Of a stretch of 62,441 bases of DNA, positions 55,817 to 62,441 are shown piece after piece. Each line of letters opens with the position of its first letter. Position 1 is the first letter of the stretch. Source of the DNA: Gemmatimonadales bacterium (GTDB lineage: Bacteria > Gemmatimonadota > Gemmatimonadetes > Gemmatimonadales > GWC2-71-9); assembly GCA_036267775.1 (NCBI GenBank), contig DATAVM010000195.1, positions 1 through 62,441 on the forward strand, read 5' to 3'. The position numbers and the translations under genes are program-made. A model generated the notes under the pieces. The model worked only from the letters and a program-made list of their open reading frames with translations. It did not search any database and had not been told where the DNA came from.

Positions 55817-56145
55817 CGAGCGGTATTCCGCCCACCGCGACGCCGGCGCCGGGTTCGCCGCAGGCGCGCCTGCTCGACGCCGCGCATCAGTTGCAGTCGA
55901 TCTTCTACTCCCAGCTCTTTCAGGCCATGCGCGACGCCGAGCCTGAGGGCGGCATGCTCCAGCAGTCGACCGGCGAGAAGATGTTCACCGGCATGCTGGA
56001 CGACAAGATTGCGGCCCTTGCCAGCAACCAGACCGACCGAGGACTTGCCGACGCCATGTATCGCCAGCTCAGCCGTCAGATCGCGCCCGCGTCCGCAGCC
56101 GCGGCGCCCGCAGCAGCAGCGCCGGCAACAGCGGTCAAGCCATGA
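55813..56145 (+). CDS. rod-binding protein (FlgJ N-terminal-domain-like, no muramidase domain)
   Basis: 110 aa. LLDAAHQLQSIFYSQLFQAMRDA...MFTGMLDDKIAALAS...GLADAMYRQL. Confidence 0.75.
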   Translation: MTSGIPPTATPAPGSPQARLLDAAHQLQSIFYSQLFQAMRDAEPEGGMLQQSTGEKMFTGMLDDKIAALASNQTDRGLADAMYRQLSRQIAPASAAAAPAAAAPATAVKP

Positions 56146-56651
56146 CGATCGCGCCGCAACTCGAACAGATCATGATTCCCGAAGAGCTCGTCGCCGCGCT
56201 CAAGGCCGAAGAGCGCCTGCTGCGCGAGCTCGGTACGGCACTCGGCCGGCAGCGCGCAGGGGTTGCCGCGGACGATCCCACCGCCATCGAGATGGCCACG
56301 CACACCATCTCGCGGATCGTGCTGACGCTGGAAGAGGCGCGCCGCCGGCGCGAGCGGTTGATGCAGCTGGGCAATGGCGGCATGCCGGCGTCTCTCGAAC
56401 AGCTCGATGCTACTGCCGGTGCGGCCGATGGGCTCGCGGCCGCGCGCCTGGCGTTGCGCGATGCGGCGGTCGCCACGGTGCGCGATCTCACCATCAACCA
56501 GAAGATCCTCCGTGGCGCGCTCCGCGCGGGCGACGCATATCTGCAGGCGCTCTTCTCGTCCGTGAGCGAAGCGCTGCCTGCCTACAGTCCGGCGGCCATC
56601 CTGCCCGAGCGCACGACCGCGCGCGGCGTCGTCGTCAACCGGAACGCCTGA
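56142..56651 (+). CDS. FlgN-like flagellar export chaperone
   Basis: 169 aa helical protein immediately upstream of flgK. LVAALKAEERLLRELGTALGRQRAGV pattern. Confidence 0.6.
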   Translation: MTIAPQLEQIMIPEELVAALKAEERLLRELGTALGRQRAGVAADDPTAIEMATHTISRIVLTLEEARRRRERLMQLGNGGMPASLEQLDATAGAADGLAAARLALRDAAVATVRDLTINQKILRGALRAGDAYLQALFSSVSEALPAYSPAAILPERTTARGVVVNRNA

Positions 56652-56653
56652 AC

Positions 56654-58024
56654 ATGGCCGGCCTCGTCGATCTTCTCAGTATCGCGCGCAGTGCGCTCAT
56701 GACGCAGCAGCGGGCACTGAATACCACGGGCACCAACATCGCCAACGCTTCGACACCCGGCTACGTGCGCCAGACGCTCAACCTCACCGAGGCTGTGCCG
56801 CAGAACACGCCCAACGGCCCGCTCGGTCGCGGCGTGACCGACACCGGTGTCACCGCACAACGCGACGTCTTTCTCGATGCGTCGTACCGCGAAGAGCAGG
56901 GCACCTACAACGCCGCCAATACGCTGAGTGGCATGGTGAGTCAGGTGCAGACGCTCTTCAACGAGCCCACCAGCGGCGGCCTGGGCGCTTCGATCGATAC
57001 CCTGATTGGCGCGTTTGGCGATCTCGCCAACGATCCGTCGAATGGTGCCGTCCGCAACACCGTGCAGGCCGATGCCCAGCAGGTGATCCAGCAATTCCAC
57101 TCGCTCGACGATGGGCTCAACGACACCGTTGGCAATGCCCGTCAGCAGTTCAGCGCGGATGTGGATCAGGTCAATCAGATCGCGACACAGGTGGCGGAGC
57201 TCAACAAGCAGATTGTGGCGCAACGTGCCGGCGGGCACGACGCCCCCGATCTCGAGACCCAGCGCGGCGTGCTGCTCGATCAGCTCTCCACGCTGGGCGA
57301 CACGCGCGTCCTCGATCGCACGGATGGCTCGGTGGGCGTGGTCTTTGGCGATACGATGCTGGTCGACAGCGGCACGGCGCAGCAGTTTTCGGCGAGCGCC
57401 AGCGGCAGCGGGATGGTCGCCACGGTGGTGGGAGACACCCGCACGGTGCAGATCTCCAGCGGCTCGCTCGCCGGGCTCGAGAACATCATGACCACGGCAA
57501 TCCCCGACGTCCGCGCCGGGCTCAACCAGTTGAGCGCAGCGTTGGTGAGCGCCGTCAATACCCTGCACGAAACCGGCACCACGCCCGGTGGAGCGACGGG
57601 CACGGACTTCTTCGATCCCGCCGGCACCACTGCGGCGACCATCGCGCTCTCGAGCACGGTGGCCGCGTCGCCCAGCAACATCGCCGCGGGCGCCAGCTCC
57701 GCGTCGGGCGACGGCAGCATCGCGCTGGCACTCTCCCAGCTTGGCACTGCCACGAATGCGAGTCTGGGCGGCATCTCGATTCCCAACTTCTACGATTCTG
57801 TCGTCACCAAACTCGCGACTACCGTGCAGAACGCGCAGGACGACGCCTCCGCCGCGCAGACCATATCGGCGGGGCTGTCCGCACAGCGCTCGTCGGAAAC
57901 CGGTGTGTCGACCGACGAGGAAATGATCGCGCTGATCACGCAGCAGCAGGCGTATACGGCGGCGGCGCATGTGGTGACCGTGGCGAATGACCTGATGACC
58001 GACGTGCTCAACATGGTGCAGTAA
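56654..58024 (+). CDS. flgK: flagellar hook-filament junction protein FlgK (HAP1)
   Basis: ORF 56009.. trimmed to ATG 56654 (MAGLVDLLSIARSALMTQQRALNTTGTNIANASTPGYVRQ). C-terminal GVSTDEEMIALITQQQAYTAAAHVVTVANDLM. Confidence 0.92.
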   Translation: MAGLVDLLSIARSALMTQQRALNTTGTNIANASTPGYVRQTLNLTEAVPQNTPNGPLGRGVTDTGVTAQRDVFLDASYREEQGTYNAANTLSGMVSQVQTLFNEPTSGGLGASIDTLIGAFGDLANDPSNGAVRNTVQADAQQVIQQFHSLDDGLNDTVGNARQQFSADVDQVNQIATQVAELNKQIVAQRAGGHDAPDLETQRGVLLDQLSTLGDTRVLDRTDGSVGVVFGDTMLVDSGTAQQFSASASGSGMVATVVGDTRTVQISSGSLAGLENIMTTAIPDVRAGLNQLSAALVSAVNTLHETGTTPGGATGTDFFDPAGTTAATIALSSTVAASPSNIAAGASSASGDGSIALALSQLGTATNASLGGISIPNFYDSVVTKLATTVQNAQDDASAAQTISAGLSAQRSSETGVSTDEEMIALITQQQAYTAAAHVVTVANDLMTDVLNMVQ

Positions 58025-58290
58025 TGCTGGTCCTCAACCGGCGCGAGGGGCAGGCGGTCATTCTCGATGGCGACATCAAGGTCGTGGTGCTGTCGTGGGA
58101 TCGGCGCGGCGTCCGCCTCGGCATCGAAGCGCCCGAAGCAAAGACGATTCTCAGGGAAGAACTGATTCAGGAAGTCGTGGCGGAAAACGAACGGGCGCGT
58201 GCGGGAGATGACACCGCGGCGCTCGTGGCGCGCTTGCCCGGCCTATCGCCCCGCGCTGCTCCGGCTCCGGGCGGGACGCCACTGCCGTAG
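58024..58290 (+). CDS. csrA: carbon storage/translational regulator CsrA (FliW-partner type, extended C-terminus)
   Basis: MLVLNRREGQAVILDGDIKVVVLSWDRRGVRLGIEAPEAKTILREELIQEV. ATG overlaps the flgK TAA (TAATG). Confidence 0.92.
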   Translation: MLVLNRREGQAVILDGDIKVVVLSWDRRGVRLGIEAPEAKTILREELIQEVVAENERARAGDDTAALVARLPGLSPRAAPAPGGTPLP

Positions 58291-59061
58291 CGAAAGCACA
58301 AAGCGGGCGCCACGCTCGCTGGTGGGATCGTAGCGCAAGTCTCCACCCATCTGCACTGCCAATTCACGAGCGACGGTGAGACCGAGTCCCAGATGGTCGC
58401 CCTTGGCGCGCGTGGTGACAAACGGATCGAAGGCGCGCTTGCGCACGCCCGACGACACGCCCGGCCCATCATCCTGCACCACCAGGTAGATCAACTGATC
58501 CTGCTGCACCGCTCCAATGCGGAGTGTGGCACTCGCGCTGCTGGCCATCGCGTCGCACGCATTGCTGACCAGCGCAAACAGAATCTCCTGGATTGCGCCA
58601 TAGTCACCAGCCACCGGTGGTAACTGCCGTGAGACATCGGTCAGCACCTTGAGCTTGCAATGTCCGGTGGTCCGCTGGGTGAAGGGAGTGATCCACGCCA
58701 CCGCATCGGCCAGCGAAATCGGCCCGTCGGTCGGTGGCTCCGCAAACGCCGTCAGCGCCTCGATCTGCGCCTGAAGCGTCGCGTCAGCCCGCAACATCGC
58801 GTCGTTGAGCTTGGTCGGAATGGACGTGGACTGCACCTTGCCGGCGCGACCGAGACTCATGGCCTGCGCCACGGCGCGCAACTGCTCCGCGGCCACACTC
58901 GCGAGCGCCTGGCCCATGCGGGCGCGATGCGCGGCACGCAGCAGCTCAAAGCTCGCGAGGGTCGGTGGAGCCGTCGTCGCGGCACGACCGCGCCCCGCCG
59001 GATACTTGGCGGACTTGGGGCGACGGGGAGCCGGGACGCGCTTGCGGCGGGTGGGCCTCAC
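58243..59061 (-). CDS. histidine-kinase-like ATPase lacking the canonical phospho-acceptor His
   Basis: N, G1, F and G2 boxes present (ILFALVSNACDAM, VQDDGPGV, FDPFVTTR, GLGLTVA). The H-box position reads MGQALASVAAEQLRAV. GTGA overlap with the upstream gene. Basic N-terminal 30 aa. Confidence 0.75.
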   Translation of the reverse strand: MRPTRRKRVPAPRRPKSAKYPAGRGRAATTAPPTLASFELLRAAHRARMGQALASVAAEQLRAVAQAMSLGRAGKVQSTSIPTKLNDAMLRADATLQAQIEALTAFAEPPTDGPISLADAVAWITPFTQRTTGHCKLKVLTDVSRQLPPVAGDYGAIQEILFALVSNACDAMASSASATLRIGAVQQDQLIYLVVQDDGPGVSSGVRKRAFDPFVTTRAKGDHLGLGLTVARELAVQMGGDLRYDPTSERGARFVLSLRQWRPARSRSSAGR

Positions 59062-60200
59062 TGAATATGCCGCCGGGTCAGCACGCCATGCACGATCGGA
59101 TCGGTGGCGTGTCGCTCGCGGATCAAACGCAATGTGGTCGGGGTCAGCACGGTGCCGGCTGACAGCAGTTTGACCCCGGAAGCGGTGTGTAGATCGGTGT
59201 CGAGCATCAAGCCCTCGGTCAGATGGTCCACGCGGATGGCTTCCACATGTAAGCCCGATAGTGCATCGGGGCCACGAGAAACAATCAGCTCCAGAGCGGA
59301 CACAACCACAGGGTCGTAATACGTCCCGCTATAACTCCACACCTTTTGGTGATTCTCACCAGTGTTCAATATGTTGACGTTCAATTCCTGACGCAAGAGA
59401 TCGTTAGCCGTCCTCAGAATGCGCGACCGAAGTGGAATCTGACCTGCCGCCGTTCCAACTGGAATCCCGGACCCGTCCCAGTTGGCGGCCATTCCGTCGA
59501 TCAGTTCCGCGGTCTCCGTCAGGAAGGGAATCCGCCCAAGCACCCGTGCCGACGCGGCCGGGATCTGGGCGGAGCCCAGGGGTTCGGTGGGGAGCGTGAG
59601 TCGGCCGACCTCATGAAGGCGGGCGGCGCGCACCATATCCATATGCATTACCACGGGGACGTCCAACTCCGTCGCAACCACACTCGCCAACTCGCCCAGC
59701 GTCTCGCCCCGCGCCCGTGAGCCCGGATGAATCGAGTCCTGCAGCGTCACCAGCAGCTCGGTGAGCTGCTCGGCCAGCACCACGCGATAGTCGTTGGCGG
59801 ACTGGAGATCGCGCGCGTCGGCCACCCGGCGCTCGCACGCCCGGACGCACGCGGCGAGCTCCGCCTGATCCACCGGATGCGTGAGCACCGCGTCGATGTC
59901 CATTTCCCACGCCATCGAGCGAATGCCGTGACTTTCCGGCGCGCTCAATAGAATGAACGCCAGCATTTCTTCGTTCGGGAGTTCGCGCTTGCGATTGAGC
60001 AGCGCCAGGCCGTCGGCTCCGTTGACGCCTTCGTCGCACACCACGATGGTGATGCGGCCATGATCGAGCGTGCGCCAGCCATCGGCTACGTCGCTCGCCG
60101 TCTCGACGCGATAGCCGCTGTGCGCGTTCAGCGCAAAGGCCATGGTGTCACGCCGGTGCGTGTGGCCATCAATCACGAGCACGCTGGTGAGGGATTTCAT
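59058..60200 (-). CDS. receiver domain plus degenerate HD-GYP-like domain protein
   Basis: ORF trimmed to ATG 60200 (ATGA overlap with the motB stop). REC-like MKSLTSVLVIDGHTHRR...IVVCDEGVNGADG...LTHP. HD-GYP-like AARLHEVGRLTLP...MAANWDGSGIPVG...IPLRSRILRTAND. Confidence 0.8.
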   Translation of the reverse strand: MKSLTSVLVIDGHTHRRDTMAFALNAHSGYRVETASDVADGWRTLDHGRITIVVCDEGVNGADGLALLNRKRELPNEEMLAFILLSAPESHGIRSMAWEMDIDAVLTHPVDQAELAACVRACERRVADARDLQSANDYRVVLAEQLTELLVTLQDSIHPGSRARGETLGELASVVATELDVPVVMHMDMVRAARLHEVGRLTLPTEPLGSAQIPAASARVLGRIPFLTETAELIDGMAANWDGSGIPVGTAAGQIPLRSRILRTANDLLRQELNVNILNTGENHQKVWSYSGTYYDPVVVSALELIVSRGPDALSGLHVEAIRVDHLTEGLMLDTDLHTASGVKLLSAGTVLTPTTLRLIRERHATDPIVHGVLTRRHIQ

Positions 60201-61039
60201 TGGCTCGCCGGTGCGGCCGGCGGCGGCGGCGGCGGGGGGGGTGGCGATGCGGCGGTCGTGCTGGTGCCGTCGTCCTTGGGAATGCTCACGAGAATTGTCA
60301 CGCGCCGGTTCTGCGCGGCATACGGATCGCTCGGCACGCGCGGATCGCGGTCGGCAAAACCGCGCACGGCCTGGATCTGCTCTTCCGTCACACCGCCATC
60401 GTTGAGCAGCCGGCGTGCGGCATTGGCGCGATCGGCGCTCAGTTCCCAATTGGTGTACGCGTCGTGCGCCGGATACGGCCGGGCATCGGTGTGACCTTCG
60501 ACCGTCACCGGATACGTCGCGGCCGCGAGCACTGCGCCAATTGCCTGGATCAGCTTGGCCGCGCGCGGCAGCGGACGCGGACTGCCGGTGGCAAAGAACA
60601 CACCGTTGGAATCCTCGAGCAATGAAATGCGGAGACCATCCGGTGTCATTTCAATCGCGACATGGCCCTTGAGTCCCGCCAGTGCCGCGTCCTTGTCCAG
60701 CGCCTGGCGGATCTGTTCGGAGAGCTGCAGCATGCGATCGCGGTGGCCGTCGGCGGGCTGAATCTGAATGGTGGGATGCGTCGGAACCATCGACTGTCCC
60801 TGGCCGGGCATGATCGAGTTGCCGAATTCCTTGTCGCGCCCCAGCGGATCCTGAAAGTAGCCGGCGATTGCCGAGCGAATCTCGGAGCTCTGCGTGATGA
60901 GCCAGAGCACCAGAAAGAGCGCCATCATCGACGTCATGAAGTCTGCGAACGCGACCTTCCAGGCACCACCGTGGTGGCCCTTGTGCGCGCGCTTCTTCTT
61001 GACGACGCGAATGATCGGCGCTTCACGTGCAGACTTCAC
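60197..61039 (-). CDS. motB: flagellar stator protein MotB
   Basis: GGAWKVAFADFMTSMMALFLVLW (channel Asp present), OmpA-like C-terminal domain (EGHTD...NWELSADRANAARR), poly-Pro tail. Confidence 0.92.
   Translation of the reverse strand: MKSAREAPIIRVVKKKRAHKGHHGGAWKVAFADFMTSMMALFLVLWLITQSSEIRSAIAGYFQDPLGRDKEFGNSIMPGQGQSMVPTHPTIQIQPADGHRDRMLQLSEQIRQALDKDAALAGLKGHVAIEMTPDGLRISLLEDSNGVFFATGSPRPLPRAAKLIQAIGAVLAAATYPVTVEGHTDARPYPAHDAYTNWELSADRANAARRLLNDGGVTEEQIQAVRGFADRDPRVPSDPYAAQNRRVTILVSIPKDDGTSTTAASPPPPPPPPPAAPASQ
60218..60241 (-). repeat. simple-sequence tract: C8 plus (CCG)5-6 on the coding strand, at the motB 3' end
   Basis: Plus strand reads ccggcggcggcggcggcgggggggg. Encodes the MotB poly-Pro tail, about 20-40 nt before the motB stop / downstream ATG. 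Confidence 0.9.
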
Positions 61040-61902
61040 GCGGCCTTCTCGAGCTTGGTCGTCTTGACGGCCGTTTCCATATCCACAAAGCTCGGCCGGT
61101 CTTCCGCGGTGATCGCCTTGCGCGCGAATTCCACCGCGACCATGGGCGGCAGGTTCTTGGCGAGCGCTACGATCGCGGCCTTGAGCACAAAGTAGAGGCG
61201 CGCCTCTTCGGCATTGCGGCCTTCCATGTTGGACGCAAGCGGCGCGACAAAGCCGTACGACAGCAGAATGCCGAGGAACGTGCCGACGAGTGCGGAGGCG
61301 ACGTGGTGGCCGATCTGTTCAATCGGGCCGCCGAGGCTCTGCATGGTGACCACGATGCCGAGGACGGCGGCGACAATGCCGATGGCGGGCAGCGCGTCGG
61401 CCACGCGTTGCAGCGCGGCGACGGTCTTTTCGTCGGCATCGTGATGGACCTCGATCTCCATCTCGAGCATCGATTCCAGGTCGAACGGCGGCACGCTGCC
61501 CACGAGCACGGTGCGGAGGGCGTCGCAGAGGAATTCGACCGCGTGATGATGGCTGAGGAAGTCGGGGTATTTCTTGAGGATGCTGCTCTCGTCGGGGCGT
61601 TCGATGTGGGATTCGATCGCGATCAGGCCGTCGCGGCGTGCGGTCTGGAAGAGCTCAAAGAGGAGCTTGAGCACGTCGACGTAGAAGGCGCGCTGCGATC
61701 CGCCGCCCTTGAACGTCTTGGGGATCTTGATCAGGAGCGCCTTGAGCACGCTGGGCGGGGTCGAGACCAGGACCGTGCCGAGGCCGGTGCCGCAGATCAC
61801 CACCCATTCCGACCACGCCATCATCACGGCGAACGGTCCGCCGGCCATGGCGAAGCCGCCGAAGACGGCGACCAGTACCACCACGAATCCCACAATCGCC
61901 AT
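61036..61902 (-). CDS. motA: flagellar stator protein MotA
   Basis: MAIVGFVVVLVAVFGGFAMAGG... like the enterobacterial MotA N-terminus. ATG 61902 preferred over GTG 61938 because the sigma-28-type -10 lies at 61945..61951. Confidence 0.9.
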   Translation of the reverse strand: MAIVGFVVVLVAVFGGFAMAGGPFAVMMAWSEWVVICGTGLGTVLVSTPPSVLKALLIKIPKTFKGGGSQRAFYVDVLKLLFELFQTARRDGLIAIESHIERPDESSILKKYPDFLSHHHAVEFLCDALRTVLVGSVPPFDLESMLEMEIEVHHDADEKTVAALQRVADALPAIGIVAAVLGIVVTMQSLGGPIEQIGHHVASALVGTFLGILLSYGFVAPLASNMEGRNAEEARLYFVLKAAIVALAKNLPPMVAVEFARKAITAEDRPSFVDMETAVKTTKLEKAA

Positions 61903-61944
61903 CACAGGCCGGCTCCAGTCCGTCGGGGGGAGAGTCACGGGCTG

Positions 61945-61973
61945 TTATCGGTCGGATTGTTGTCACCCTGAGG
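61945..61973 (-). promoter_or_regulatory. sigma-28 (FliA)-type promoter of the motA operon
   Basis: Minus strand CCTCA-N17-CCGATAAC (tgagg 61969..61973, ttatcgg 61945..61951), in the 46-bp gap after the lipoprotein gene. Confidence 0.6.
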
Positions 61974-61984
61974 GGGCGATCAGG

Positions 61985-62425
61985 TTACGGCAGCCTCCGG
62001 CACGGAATCGGCCGACTTGCCATGGGTGTGCGGCGCCAGCGGTAGCAGTCGACGGGGCGGGGAGCGGGGACCAGGCGGACGTAGCGCGGCCAGGGGTTCA
62101 TGGCGGTGAGGATGGCGAGGGAATCGGGCTCGAGGGGCGGATCGGGGATCCACATGTCAAAGACGCCGTCGAGGCCGTAGTCGGAAATCTGGGCCCTGGG
62201 ACTTGGGGCTTGAGGTGTGAGACTGGAGACGTCAGGTGTGAGACGTGAGACCAGAGGGGTGATCGCGAGTGCGGTGCCGTAGTGCTTTGCGGCGTCGCCG
62301 GTGGGGTGCAGGACTTGTACGACCACTGGTATCGGCGGCGCGGTCTTGCTGCAGGCCGCCAGCGTTGTGGTCAAACTCGCGATCACGACGGTCCGGCGGA
62401 ATTGCATCATCACCCGTTTTGTCAT
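61985..62425 (-). CDS. hypothetical lipoprotein
   Basis: MTKRVMMQFRRTVVIASLTTTLAAC lipobox; 146 aa; no family recognised. Confidence 0.55.
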   Translation of the reverse strand: MTKRVMMQFRRTVVIASLTTTLAACSKTAPPIPVVVQVLHPTGDAAKHYGTALAITPLVSRLTPDVSSLTPQAPSPRAQISDYGLDGVFDMWIPDPPLEPDSLAILTAMNPWPRYVRLVPAPRPVDCYRWRRTPMASRPIPCRRLP

Positions 62426-62441
62426 TCTGAGCGCAGCGAAG

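Noticed and set aside
23581-62425. Flagellar cluster as a horizontally acquired island
   Set aside because: There are no flanking integrase, transposase or tRNA genes and no direct repeats. I saw no compositional break, and the overlap-coupled gene style is the same as in the housekeeping part.

Overview
GC-rich bacterial chromosomal segment from a diderm organism. The lineage cannot be fixed from sequence alone; the gene content is loosely Gemmatimonadota-like (low confidence). All calls are by-eye motif recognition on the supplied translations and my own reading of the DNA; no searches were run.

Nt 1-23,500 hold tightly packed housekeeping genes, many joined by 4-nt ATGA/GTGA/TTGA stop-start overlaps:
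- lepA with a GT4 glycosyltransferase, a ROK kinase and a PfkB kinase
- an EamA transporter, an AhpD-like protein and an M28 peptidase
- DUF58 plus a BatA-like protein
- mfd, two PPIases, pdxA and a GT2 glycosyltransferase
- a CNNM/TlyC-like protein, a CDF transporter, typA, and a tiny hyper-acidic ORF

Nt 23,500-62,400 are an almost uninterrupted flagellar regulon:
- Minus strand: flgL-fliW, fliC, fliD-fliS-orf, flgM.
- A divergent NtrC-type sigma-54 activator.
- Plus strand: flgB-flgE, then fliL through fliA plus an orf, then flgF through flgK plus csrA.
- A convergent operon: motA-motB, a receiver/HD-GYP-like protein and a kinase-like protein.

From the DNA I could read three things:
- Three sigma-54-type promoters, in front of flgB, fliL and flgF.
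- Four copies of one sigma-28-type promoter (GCTCA-N17-CCGATAA), in front of flgL, fliC, flgM and motA.
- A fliC leader with textbook CsrA sites.

Most unusual:
- The motAB operon carries a signalling pair whose kinase His, receiver Asp/Lys and HD-GYP metal ligands all look degenerate.
- FliM lacks the N-terminal CheY-docking peptide.
- FliO and FliP are one ORF.
- There are several unassigned small ORFs, and a conserved TGTAACCCATT box upstream of the sigma-54 promoters.

I recognised no rRNA, tRNA, CRISPR array, transposase or integrase. Many long ORFs in the track are antisense shadows typical of high-GC DNA.
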